Below, piece after piece: positions 29,458-37,924 of a DNA stretch of 64,000 nucleotides (within the stretch, counting starts at the first letter, position 1; every line of letters starts with the position of its first letter). A program made the translations under genes and the position numbers. The notes beneath the pieces were generated by a model that saw only the letters and a program-made list of their open reading frames with translations, was not told the DNA's origin and made no database searches. Origin of the DNA: Candidatus Nomurabacteria bacterium (GTDB lineage: Bacteria > Patescibacteriota > Minisyncoccia > Phycocordibacterales > UBA5272); contig JBEIQD010000003.1 in the NCBI GenBank assembly GCA_040376695.1, positions 1,789 to 65,788 of the forward strand, in the 5' to 3' direction.

Positions 29458-30219
29458 CTATGCAAGAGTTCTTGTTTCAGGTAGCGCAAGAAGTGCTGAA
29501 ATAAGCGCGATGGCTGCAGTATCAGCTTTCAACACTGTGGAGGTGTGTAAAAATGGCACAATACCTGCTTCGTGTGCAACTTTTTCCTCTTCGTCTGTCC
29601 ATCCGCCTTCAGGTCCAACCCATAGCGTTAGCCCCTTTTCCTTAGATAGGTCTTTAAATAGAGCCTTTTTCGTAATACTTGTAAGTGATTCACCAGAAAG
29701 ACTTCCAATGAGAGAAATAGTTTCTGTGTTCGGTACGCAAAGACTCTCAAAAGAAACAATATCTGACAGCAAAGGAATAGTCCCTCTTCCCGACTGTTCG
29801 CAAGCCTCAACTGTTATTGTGGATAACCTTTCGAAATTTAGATTCTTTTTTTCAGATCGAGAGGCTATTACAGGAATGATATGAGTAACACCAAGTTCAG
29901 TTGCTTGTCGCGCAATTGTTTCGAAGGTGTCTTTCTTTACAAGCGCCATCACAAGAGTAATAGGAAAGGCAGGAAGAATATTTGATGAGGAAGTTACGAG
30001 AGTAAGCGTTGCAGCTTGCTTTGAAATGGATAGTATTTTGTAGAGAAAATCTTTTCCTGGGTTCACAGAAGAAAAAAGAATGACTTCGTCTCCGCTTGTA
30101 TAGCGGAAGACGTTTGCCCACTGATGTAATAACTTTTTTTCTACCTCTGTATCACCAACATTTTCTACAACAATCTCTTCACCAAGGGGTTTGTTAACGT
30201 AGAAGCGATGTAATCGCAT
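29458..30219 (-). CDS. rsmE: 16S rRNA m3U1498 methyltransferase
   Basis: ATELGV, EACEQSGR and VGPEGGW motifs. Confidence 0.92.
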   Translation of the reverse strand: MRLHRFYVNKPLGEEIVVENVGDTEVEKKLLHQWANVFRYTSGDEVILFSSVNPGKDFLYKILSISKQAATLTLVTSSSNILPAFPITLVMALVKKDTFETIARQATELGVTHIIPVIASRSEKKNLNFERLSTITVEACEQSGRGTIPLLSDIVSFESLCVPNTETISLIGSLSGESLTSITKKALFKDLSKEKGLTLWVGPEGGWTDEEEKVAHEAGIVPFLHTSTVLKADTAAIALISALLALPETRTLA

Positions 30220-30367
30220 TACTACGTACTCTACGCAGGTTACAGAGACATTGCAAGGATATGTAAAAGCCAATATTTATAAGGACGTTTATGCGCGAAA
30301 GAATATTAAAGACAGTTATCCACAGATATGTACTTGCATATAAAAGACAGTGGAGTATTATTAAGGA

Positions 30368-30640
30368 CAGAGCAGTGGTACATACAAACAAGCTTCATCG
30401 CGCTTAGCGATTAACAACACTTTGTTTATAGTCAACTGCCTCTGATCTTTCCCATAGCGGTCCTCATTAATCACATTTCGTGAACCGCGCTCAATAAACA
30501 GTTTCTGAAAAACCCTTAAGTTTCTGCTCTTTTTATCAGCTTTTGGTCTTAGATATTCCATGTAGCTATAACTCTTTTTTAGAATCCCCTGCATTGTGTG
30601 CACGAACTCCTTTCGCGCCTACAATGCAGGGGATTTTTTA
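30368..30640 (+). ncRNA. candidate structured non-coding RNA
   Basis: TTGCAT-16-TATTAT upstream (30334-30361); long 5' hairpin 30368-30444; second hairpin 30457-30488; 15-bp perfect stem 30583-30597/30621-30635 followed by a T-tract. Confidence 0.5.
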
Positions 30641-30677
30641 TTGTCTAATAGCATGTCTTTTATTAAAGACAATAGAA

Positions 30678-30705
30678 AAAGCGGTCGTATAAATACGACC
30701 GCTTT
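30678..30705 (-). terminator. terminator of the 210-aa membrane gene
   Basis: aaagcggtcgtat-aa-atacgaccgcttt. Confidence 0.8.
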
Positions 30706-30727
30706 GTTGTGTGTGAAATTCACACGT

Positions 30728-31360
30728 TCACTTCTTTCCCTTCACCATGAAGGCAAGGACTGAAAAGACAATCAGGAAAAACCCGATAGCTATCACAAAC
30801 TTCACGGTGTCGAATACTGCTTGAGGTAGTCCGTAGACATCCTCGAACAGTTCAAGCTTGCTTCCTGAGAAGAGAGCAACCCCTCCCCCAGTAAGAATCA
30901 GTCCCCACATGATCATTGCAAGTCCCGTGCTGTGCTTACCTCTGAGTATGCTTCCAATAATTCCGAAGAATGAAGCAATACCCTTTCCGCACAGCTCCAG
31001 GAACCCTTTGAGCATGCCGACGGTTGCTAGTCCGAACAGAAAAGCAACGAAGAAGGCTACCAGAATGTGGGGTTCTTTCCACCATGTAAGCCCGTCGAGG
31101 TGGGCATCATGTGCCAACCAAGCCGCAGTCATGAGGGAAATCACAAAGCCTGTACCGGGAAGGCCATGTTTGACCCACCCCTTCAGGGTTTTTTCGAGCT
31201 TTCCCGCGTGCTGCAGGAGTAGTCCGGCGCTGGACACCATGAGCAAAAACCCAATCAATGCGAAGATTTTAAAGTCTTCTTGCCTGGGTGCAAACCACCA
31301 GAAGAGCAGTCCAGCGACCGCCACAACAGTCGCAGCGATTACCAGTGGATATTTTTTCAT
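30728..31360 (-). CDS. orphan polytopic membrane protein (about 6 TM)
   Basis: 210 aa, hydrophobic, G/C-ending codons, SD GAAAGGGGA, TGA stop. Confidence 0.8.
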   Translation of the reverse strand: MKKYPLVIAATVVAVAGLLFWWFAPRQEDFKIFALIGFLLMVSSAGLLLQHAGKLEKTLKGWVKHGLPGTGFVISLMTAAWLAHDAHLDGLTWWKEPHILVAFFVAFLFGLATVGMLKGFLELCGKGIASFFGIIGSILRGKHSTGLAMIMWGLILTGGGVALFSGSKLELFEDVYGLPQAVFDTVKFVIAIGFFLIVFSVLAFMVKGKK

Positions 31361-31449
31361 ATCAGTCCCCTTTCAAGAGAATGTTGAGCTTAATTCAAAG
31401 AATTACAAGGGTTTTTGCTGTTATGCAAGAACACAATGTTACATATACT

Positions 31450-31477
31450 ATTATATCATAAATTGCATATTTGTCAA
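31450..31477 (-). promoter_or_regulatory. consensus sigma-70 promoter
   Basis: TTGACA-16-TATAAT with extended TG on the minus strand. Confidence 0.8.
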
Positions 31478-31627
31478 TCGTTTCTCATGCTATAAATCAT
31501 GATATAGTGCGAGTATCCAGTTACGTCTGAAACTCAGTAATGACAAGTGTTTCCGAGGATTTTTAATTTTAGAATTTGTGTGTTGTTACAGGCTTTGTTT
31601 TCACTACTAAATTAGTACTTATCCCCT

Positions 31628-32215
31628 ATGTTAATCCCTACAGTTATTGAAAAAAGCCAATTTGGCGAACGTGCGTATGATATTTACTCAAGACTCCTTA
31701 AAGAGCGAATCATTTTCTTGGGAGATGAAGTAAATCAGTACACTGCATCTATTGTGGTTGCTCAGATGCTTTTCCTTGAAGCAGAAGACCCAAAGAAAGA
31801 CATTATGCTCTATATTAATTCTCCTGGAGGGAATGTATATGACGGTCTTGCTATTTATGACACCATGAAACACCTCAAATGTGACGTGGCAACAGTTGGT
31901 ATGGGTATGCAGGCTTCAATGGGAGCCTTTCTCCTTTCAAGTGGAACAAAAGGAAAGCGTAGCCTTCTTCCTCATGCAACAGTGATGATTCACCAGCCTT
32001 CGGCAGGTACCCGTGGAAAAGTTACTGATATGGAGATTGATCTTAAGGAAGGTTTGCGTCTTAAGAAGCTTCTTAATGAAATTCTTGCAACAAATACCGG
32101 ACAGAAACTTGCAATCATTGAAAAAGATAGTGATCGCGATTATTGGATGAGCGCTGAAGAGGCAAAGAAGTACGGAATCGTAGACAATGTACTTAAGTCA
32201 AAGTCAGCTAAGTAG
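31628..32215 (+). CDS. clpP: Clp protease proteolytic subunit
   Basis: [30 protein letters not shown] and MIHQP motifs. Confidence 0.97.
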   Translation: MLIPTVIEKSQFGERAYDIYSRLLKERIIFLGDEVNQYTASIVVAQMLFLEAEDPKKDIMLYINSPGGNVYDGLAIYDTMKHLKCDVATVGMGMQASMGAFLLSSGTKGKRSLLPHATVMIHQPSAGTRGKVTDMEIDLKEGLRLKKLLNEILATNTGQKLAIIEKDSDRDYWMSAEEAKKYGIVDNVLKSKSAK

Positions 32216-32260
32216 TTTTAATTATTGTATTTCTGTTCACTCAGAAATATTAAACCAACT

Positions 32261-33754
32261 ATGGATAGACTTATCATAGAAGCAGCATTAATTTCTGGCG
32301 CAGTAGGAACTACTGTTGGATGGGTTGTTCGTCACTATGTTGCAAAGGCGCGTCGTGGAACAATCGAACAAGAACTTGATCAGCTGGTTCTCAACGCTCG
32401 TAAAGAAGCACACACAATAGAAAGTGACGCACTTAGTCGTGCTCAAACAATGAGGGTTGAGCTTGAAAAAAGCGAAGACCGTTTACAAAAACAAGAAGAA
32501 CGAGCAGATAAGCGTGACGAAGAACTCACTCACGGGCTTGATACTGTTCGCACACAAGAAAGAGAGTTAGAGCAGAGACTTCACACAACAAAAGAACTAG
32601 AGAACAAACTTGCGCGTGAGTATGAAAAAGTGGCAGGACTATCTCGTGAAGAAGCTCGTGCGCTGCTTATTTCAAAAATAACAGAGGAAGCTGAAGAAGA
32701 TCTTCAGTCTCGAATGCTCAAGCTCTCTCGGGACGGCGAAGAAAAACTAACAGAGAAAGCGCGAGATATTCTTGTTAATTGTGTGTACCGTATTGCAAAT
32801 ACAAATGTTTCTTCGTTCACATCATCTACGGTTGAAATTACGGACGAGGAAATTAAAGGAAAAATTATTGGTAAAGAAGGCCGTAACATTAAAACGTTTG
32901 AACGATTGGCCGGTGTTGAGCTTTTGGTGGACGAAGTGCCAAACGGTATTGTTGTTTCATGTTTTGATGCTGTTAGACGCGCTATTGCGGTAAACGCTCT
33001 TAAGATGCTTATTGCAGATGGTCGCATTCAGCCTGCAAAAATTGAAGAGTGTATTGAAAAAGCCAAGAAAGATATTGGAATCTTTATTCGAAAGAAAGGA
33101 GAAGAGGCAGTGCTTGCATGTGGACTTGTGTCAGTTCCTGATGAACTCATTTCAATCCTTGGAAGATTATACTTCCGTACTAGTTATGGACAGAATGTAC
33201 TTGATCACTCAGTTGAAATGGCGCACATTGCAGGGCTTCTAGCAGAAGAACTTGGTGCTGATGTTTACGTTGCTAAAGCTGGTGCGTTACTCCATGATAT
33301 TGGAAAGGCCGTCGATCATGAAATACAAGGAACTCATGTTGAGATCGGTAGAAAGATTCTTATGAAGTATGGAGTAGACGAAAGAATTATTCTTGCCATG
33401 CAGTCTCATCATGAAGAATATCCGTATGAAACAATCGAATCAGTGCTAGTACAGGTAGCGGATGCAGTTTCTGGAGGAAGACCTGGAGCGCGAAGAGATA
33501 CTGTTGATCGCTACATTACACGACTTTCTGATTTAGAGGCTATAGCGCTTGCGTTTTCGGGCATTGAACGTGTGTATGCTCTCCAAGCAGGACGAGAAAT
33601 ACGAGTATTCGTTACCCCTACACTGGTGTCTGATTTGCAAGCACGGGAACTTGCTCGAGCCATCGCTCTTCGCATTGAACAAGAACTACGTTATCCGGGG
33701 GAAATAAAAATTAATGTGATTCGTGAATCGCGTGTGATCGAAATTGCTCGGTAG
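32261..33754 (+). CDS. rny: ribonuclease Y
   Basis: N-terminal TM, coiled coil, KH domain (IIGKEGRNI) and HD domain (LLHDIGK). Confidence 0.95.
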   Translation: MDRLIIEAALISGAVGTTVGWVVRHYVAKARRGTIEQELDQLVLNARKEAHTIESDALSRAQTMRVELEKSEDRLQKQEERADKRDEELTHGLDTVRTQERELEQRLHTTKELENKLAREYEKVAGLSREEARALLISKITEEAEEDLQSRMLKLSRDGEEKLTEKARDILVNCVYRIANTNVSSFTSSTVEITDEEIKGKIIGKEGRNIKTFERLAGVELLVDEVPNGIVVSCFDAVRRAIAVNALKMLIADGRIQPAKIEECIEKAKKDIGIFIRKKGEEAVLACGLVSVPDELISILGRLYFRTSYGQNVLDHSVEMAHIAGLLAEELGADVYVAKAGALLHDIGKAVDHEIQGTHVEIGRKILMKYGVDERIILAMQSHHEEYPYETIESVLVQVADAVSGGRPGARRDTVDRYITRLSDLEAIALAFSGIERVYALQAGREIRVFVTPTLVSDLQARELARAIALRIEQELRYPGEIKINVIRESRVIEIAR

Positions 33755-33920
33755 TCTGTTTTTTGACAATTCACATACGTATTGTATTGTGACTTGCTAA
33801 AAAACCTATGCGTACTATACTTATTTTATCCATCGTAAGCATGCGCATGCGAGGAGATTACTAAATTATTTTTTGATAGTACGTTTACCTAGGAATGGAC
33901 TATCATAACAATTCACTCAT

Positions 33921-34193
33921 ATGAACAAAGCAGGACTCGTTGAAGCAGTAAATGCTGTGCTTGGAACTACAAAGGTTCAGGCAGAAGAAGTGGTAGACAC
34001 TGTGTTTAACACAATCGTTAAGACTCTTACAAAGGGCGACGAAGTAGCTATTGCAGGTGTTGGTAAGTTCACAGTAAAGCTCCGCAAGGCGCGTGATGCT
34101 CGTAACCCAAAGACAGGTGAAACTGTTAAGGTTCCAGCAACAAAGGTTCCAAAGTTCTCAGCAGCTAAGGCTCTTAAGGACGCAGTTAAGTAA
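33921..34193 (+). CDS. hup: HU nucleoid protein
   Basis: MNKAGLV and ARNPKTGE...PKF motifs. Confidence 0.95.
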   Translation: MNKAGLVEAVNAVLGTTKVQAEEVVDTVFNTIVKTLTKGDEVAIAGVGKFTVKLRKARDARNPKTGETVKVPATKVPKFSAAKALKDAVK

Positions 34194-34202
34194 TTAACTT
34201 TC

Positions 34203-34250
34203 GTAAAGAATACAAAAACCCGCCAATTGGCGGGTTTTTGTATTCTTTAC
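34203..34250. terminator. bidirectional terminator, 48-bp perfect palindrome
   Basis: gtaaagaatacaaaaacccgccaa|ttggcgggtttttgtattctttac. Confidence 0.85.
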
Positions 34251-34657
34251 TGTATCTGTCTCTTTCTTGCTGCATCTAATCTGTCAGCATCATGGAACTC
34301 CCCTGTTGCTCGAAGCGCATTATCAAACGCATCTTCATCACTTTCTTGGGCTGGAGTAACCCAGAATTCTTCTACTGGAGGTTTTACAAGGTATTTACTG
34401 TCCCCTTCTTGTTCTTTTTGTAAAAGTAATGCTGTGAGCTCAGTTCTTTTTTGAGCTAAAGCAACCTTTTCTTTTTCTACGACACTGAGTAAAGCGCTTC
34501 TTTGAGCTGGCTCTGTTGCGGCTTTTGCTTCCATATCCTTAATCATCGATTGAATTCTATTCACTTCATCCTGAATCTTTTGAATAGCAGATTGAGCCTC
34601 GTTAGTATTTGGTAAAGTGGGTTCACCGTGCCCGTAGTTTTCTGGTCCTGTTCTCAT
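34247..34657 (-). CDS. orphan coiled-coil protein
   Basis: 136 aa; TATACT 8 nt before the ATG. Confidence 0.7.
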   Translation of the reverse strand: MRTGPENYGHGEPTLPNTNEAQSAIQKIQDEVNRIQSMIKDMEAKAATEPAQRSALLSVVEKEKVALAQKRTELTALLLQKEQEGDSKYLVKPPVEEFWVTPAQESDEDAFDNALRATGEFHDADRLDAARKRQIQ

Positions 34658-34686
34658 ATGAATGTAGTATATCCCTATTTATAATT

Positions 34687-34989
34687 TTATGCAGCCCTCA
34701 TCCCCTCCTCCATAGTTTCTTCGTTTGCTGCATCCTCTAGGAGTTCAGCTTGTTCTGTTTGTAGTTGAGCAAGTGTTATTCTTGCTTCCAGAATGTCTCT
34801 GTTCCATTTCTTTCTTTGCTCTTCAGTGGCGCCAGCATTTTCTAGAAGCTTTTGAAGGTCTTCTATAAATTTTGTGGTTGCTTTGATTCCTCTATCTGCT
34901 TTCGCTAGATACATCGGTACATTAGTTAGTCCAATAGATTCTTGGTTTTGATCTGAGTCCGGTGCAGAATGTAAGCCAAACATTTTCAT
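34687..34989 (-). CDS. orphan coiled-coil protein, probable paralog of its neighbour
   Basis: 100 aa; TAAACT 6 nt before the ATG. Confidence 0.65.
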   Translation of the reverse strand: MKMFGLHSAPDSDQNQESIGLTNVPMYLAKADRGIKATTKFIEDLQKLLENAGATEEQRKKWNRDILEARITLAQLQTEQAELLEDAANEETMEEGMRAA

Positions 34990-35064
34990 GTATAAAGTTT
35001 AGCATATGCTCCTATCTAGATATAGAAAAAGGCCTCAAATCAATTTGAGGCCTTTTTCTTATAG

Positions 35065-35135
35065 TGCGGCGTAAGAGAATCGAACTCTTGTCTCCTGCTT
35101 GGAAGGCAGGCATTCTACCACTAAACCAACACCGC
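35065..35135 (-). tRNA. tRNA-Gly(TCC)
   Basis: Cloverleaf GCGGTGT...CCTGC-CTTCCAA-GCAGG...GTTCGATTC...ACGCCGCA; no encoded CCA. Confidence 0.95.
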
Positions 35136-35244
35136 TTGTAGAGACTATACTACTACATTTCTTTTAATTTTTCCAGAGTACATGCAAAATGTTTAAAATG
35201 TGATAGGATATATACACGTTTCTGCAAGGTTACAGAGGAAATAT

Positions 35245-35317
35245 CGGAGTGTGGTGTAACGGCTAACATTTTGGTTTTGGGTACCAAAGACTCAGGGTTC
35301 GAATCCCTGCACTCCGA
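35245..35317 (+). tRNA. tRNA-Pro(TGG)
   Basis: CGGAGTG...TTGGT-TTTGGGT-ACCAA...GTTCGAATC...CACTCCGA. Confidence 0.93.
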
Positions 35318-35368
35318 CTATAAACAACAAATCCGCCACGTGGCGGATTTGTTGTTTTAGTATAAAGC

Positions 35369-35758
35369 TTACTCTTTTAGTATATTTTCCATAAATACCA
35401 CTCTCCCCTCCCTTATTTCAGGATTAATATACACACAAGCTAAATCCATTTGCCAAGGTGTTCCACGTGTAACGTCTGTATGGCGTAGGTAGACTTCAAC
35501 ACTTATGACAAGTTTATTCCATTTATCTTGAGTTAGGTTATCTTCTGGTTGTACAGCTAGATTCTCCAGGTTGTTGAAATCTCTGACTTTTACACTTTTA
35601 ACTTCAATGAATCTTAGTTTGTTGTCCTTTTTCGCAATAATATCTATTTCACCAAACTTAGTACGATAGTTTGTGCCAACAACGGTAAAACCATGTTTCA
35701 TGAGAAACGTTTTTGTTATATTTTCACCTATTCTTCCAATTTCGTTATGTTCAGCCAT
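35369..35758 (-). CDS. YraN-family (UPF0102) endonuclease-like protein
   Basis: GRIGE, GEIDIIA and FIEVK motifs. Confidence 0.9.
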   Translation of the reverse strand: MAEHNEIGRIGENITKTFLMKHGFTVVGTNYRTKFGEIDIIAKKDNKLRFIEVKSVKVRDFNNLENLAVQPEDNLTQDKWNKLVISVEVYLRHTDVTRGTPWQMDLACVYINPEIREGRVVFMENILKE

Positions 35759-35806
35759 GTTTGTAATCATTTCATGAGAAACGATTATTTTGTTTCACGT
35801 GAAACG

Positions 35807-35985
35807 TTTGTCCTTCTTATTCCACTTTGCCTTTAATAAAAAGGGCAAAGACCTTTTAAAAAGATATATAAATCAATGCTTTTTTACAATTAAAGCCAGT
35901 ATTTGTACAATCTGCCCTCTACGTACTTTACTGTCTTTTATCCACTGTTCCCACAGGTTTATCCACAGTTTTGAACTTTAGAAGG
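35807..35985. other. candidate replication origin (oriC)
   Basis: AT-rich stretch, then DnaA boxes TTATCCACT 35938, GTTCCCACA 35947 and perfect TTATCCACA 35959; embedded in the parS cluster. Confidence 0.55.
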
Positions 35986-36088
35986 GGTTTCATGTGGAAC
36001 AGTCAGCAAGAGAAACGTGGCTTGTTTCCCCTTGATAGAAGAGGGGATTATGCTAGAATGGTGTTACTAAATAAACAGATTTAGTGTT

Positions 36089-36159
36089 GCGGTGTTGGTT
36101 TAGTGGTAGAACACGACCTTGCCAAGGTTGAGACAGGAGTTCGATTCTCCTACGCCGCA
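36089..36159 (+). tRNA. tRNA-Gly(GCC)
   Basis: GCGGTGT...CGACC-TTGCCAA-GGTTG...GTTCGATTC...ACGCCGCA. Confidence 0.95.
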
Positions 36160-36240
36160 CAGATTAGTCCTATTTTTCAAATAGAGACCACATGTAGAAA
36201 TATATTCTTCGTTACACGAGAAACGTTTAGTCACTTTTTG

Positions 36241-36312
36241 TGCTTCCACCAGGATTCGAACCTGGAACGACGGTTCCGAAGACCGTTGTGATATCCATTT
36301 CACCATGGAAGC
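36241..36312 (-). tRNA. tRNA-Arg(TCG)
   Basis: GCTTCCA...ACGGT-CTTCGGA-ACCGT...GTTCGAATC...TGGAAGCA. Confidence 0.93.
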
Positions 36313-36342
36313 TTGATTTATAAAGAAATTCTAACACATTCT

Positions 36343-37848
36343 ATGCTACAAATACAGCTGGATAAGGAAATACAGATACCAAAAGAAGTAAAAATGGTTT
36401 TAGCTGTTTTACAAGCCGCTTCACATGAAGCTTTTCTTGTCGGGGGTTGTGTTCGGGATCTTTTCATGGGAACTATTCCAAAAGACTACGATATTACGAC
36501 AAATGCTACCCCAGAGCAGATTATTGCTTTATTTCCAAAGACTTTTTACGAAAACACCTATGGGACAGTAGGTGTTGTTACGTGTGGGGAAGAGCTGGGT
36601 ATTCCTTGCATTGATGAAACGATAAAGGTTATCGAGGTAACCCCATATCGCCTAGAAGGGGAATATTCAGATAATCGCCATCCAGATGAGGTTAAGTGGA
36701 GTAAAAACATTGAAGATGATTTGAAACGCCGCGATTTCACATGTAACGCTATTGCTTATAACCCAATGACAGGCGAAGTGATTGATCCACATCATGGACA
36801 AGAAGATATCACCAATAGGATTATTCGAGCAGTAGGGGCGCCCGATGCTCGTTTCCAAGAGGATGCATTGCGGCTTATGCGTGCAATTCGCTTTGTTTCT
36901 CAGCTTGATTTTGATATTGATGGCGTTACACGTGAAAGCATTGAGAAAAATGCAGGCCTTCTTAAGAATGTTTCACGTGAAAGAGTGAGAGAGGAATTTG
37001 TAAAGCTTATTATGACCAACTTCCCAATGCGAGGAATCATCATGATGAAAGAAACAGGGCTTTTACAGGATGTTATCCCAGAACTTGAGCGTGGAATAGG
37101 GGTGGAACAGAATCAGGCACATAGTTACGACGTTTGGGAGCACAATTTGCGCACGTTACAGCATGCAGCAGATAAGAACTGGCCTTTACACGTACGTCTT
37201 TCTGCAATATTCCATGATATTTCAAAGCCAGAAACAAGGCGTTTCTCAAAAGAGAGTAAACAGTATACGTTTTACGGTCATGATGTGGTTGGTGGACGCG
37301 TTACACGTGAAATAATGGAAAGATTGAAGTTTCCAAAGGATATGATTGAGAAAGTCTCAATGTTTGTTCGTTGGCATATGTTTTTCTCAGACACTGAACA
37401 AATAACGCTTTCCGCTGTGCGAAGATTGATCACCAATGTTGGGAAGGATAATATCTGGGATCTTATTGATCTTAGAATCTGTGATCGTGTAGGAACAGGA
37501 CGTCCAAAGGAAGAGCCTTATAGATTAAGGATGTATCAGTCCCTTGTGGAACAGGCACTTAAAGATCCGATCTCACTTAAAATGCTAAAAACAGACGGGA
37601 AACGTATTATGGACGTTACACAAGAAACGCCGGGACCGAAAATAGGGTACGTTTTACACGCTTTGTTTGATGAAGTGCTAGAAGATCCTTTGAAAAACAC
37701 AGAGGAATATCTTGATGCAAAAGCAAAAGAACTGATGACACTCACAGTTACAGAGCTTAAAGCTTTAGGGGAAGCTGGGAAGGAGGGGATGGAACAGAAA
37801 AACGAGGAACAAGTGAAGGAAATCAGGAAACAATTCAAGGTAAAGTAG
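36343..37848 (+). CDS. cca: CCA-adding tRNA nucleotidyltransferase with HD domain
   Basis: VGGCVRD, DYDITT, RRDFTCNA, RFQEDALR and FHDISKP motifs. Confidence 0.92.
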   Translation: MLQIQLDKEIQIPKEVKMVLAVLQAASHEAFLVGGCVRDLFMGTIPKDYDITTNATPEQIIALFPKTFYENTYGTVGVVTCGEELGIPCIDETIKVIEVTPYRLEGEYSDNRHPDEVKWSKNIEDDLKRRDFTCNAIAYNPMTGEVIDPHHGQEDITNRIIRAVGAPDARFQEDALRLMRAIRFVSQLDFDIDGVTRESIEKNAGLLKNVSRERVREEFVKLIMTNFPMRGIIMMKETGLLQDVIPELERGIGVEQNQAHSYDVWEHNLRTLQHAADKNWPLHVRLSAIFHDISKPETRRFSKESKQYTFYGHDVVGGRVTREIMERLKFPKDMIEKVSMFVRWHMFFSDTEQITLSAVRRLITNVGKDNIWDLIDLRICDRVGTGRPKEEPYRLRMYQSLVEQALKDPISLKMLKTDGKRIMDVTQETPGPKIGYVLHALFDEVLEDPLKNTEEYLDAKAKELMTLTVTELKALGEAGKEGMEQKNEEQVKEIRKQFKVK

Positions 37849-37870
37849 TAAAAGACATTACGCTGTATAG

Positions 37871-37910
37871 AGATATACATTTGTCCTTTATAAAGGACAA
37901 ATGTATATCT
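37871..37910. promoter_or_regulatory. 40-bp perfect AT-rich palindrome over the recJ promoter
   Basis: agatatacatttgtccttta|taaaggacaaatgtatatct, immediately before TATACT 37913. Confidence 0.6.
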
Positions 37911-37924
37911 GGTATACTCGAGCT

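Larger units (their letters stand above)
35459..37629. repeat. cluster of about 11 parS-like 16-bp palindromes
   Basis: Matches to TGTTTCACGTGAAACA starting at 35459, 35694, 35768, 35791, 35986, 36210, 36733, 36924, 36969, 37299 and 37614. Confidence 0.85.

Noticed and set aside
30361-30603. 80-aa minus-strand ORF with AAAGGAG upstream
   Set aside because: The SD is only 3 nt from the GTG and lies within a strong hairpin; promoter and U-tract polarity favour a plus-strand RNA. Not fully excluded.
30858-31502. 214-aa plus-strand ORF
   Set aside because: Antisense shadow of the membrane gene, which has the promoter, SD and terminator.
35459-37629. CRISPR array
   Set aside because: The repeats are 16-bp palindromes, irregularly spaced and inside genes; they match parS, and no cas genes are present.
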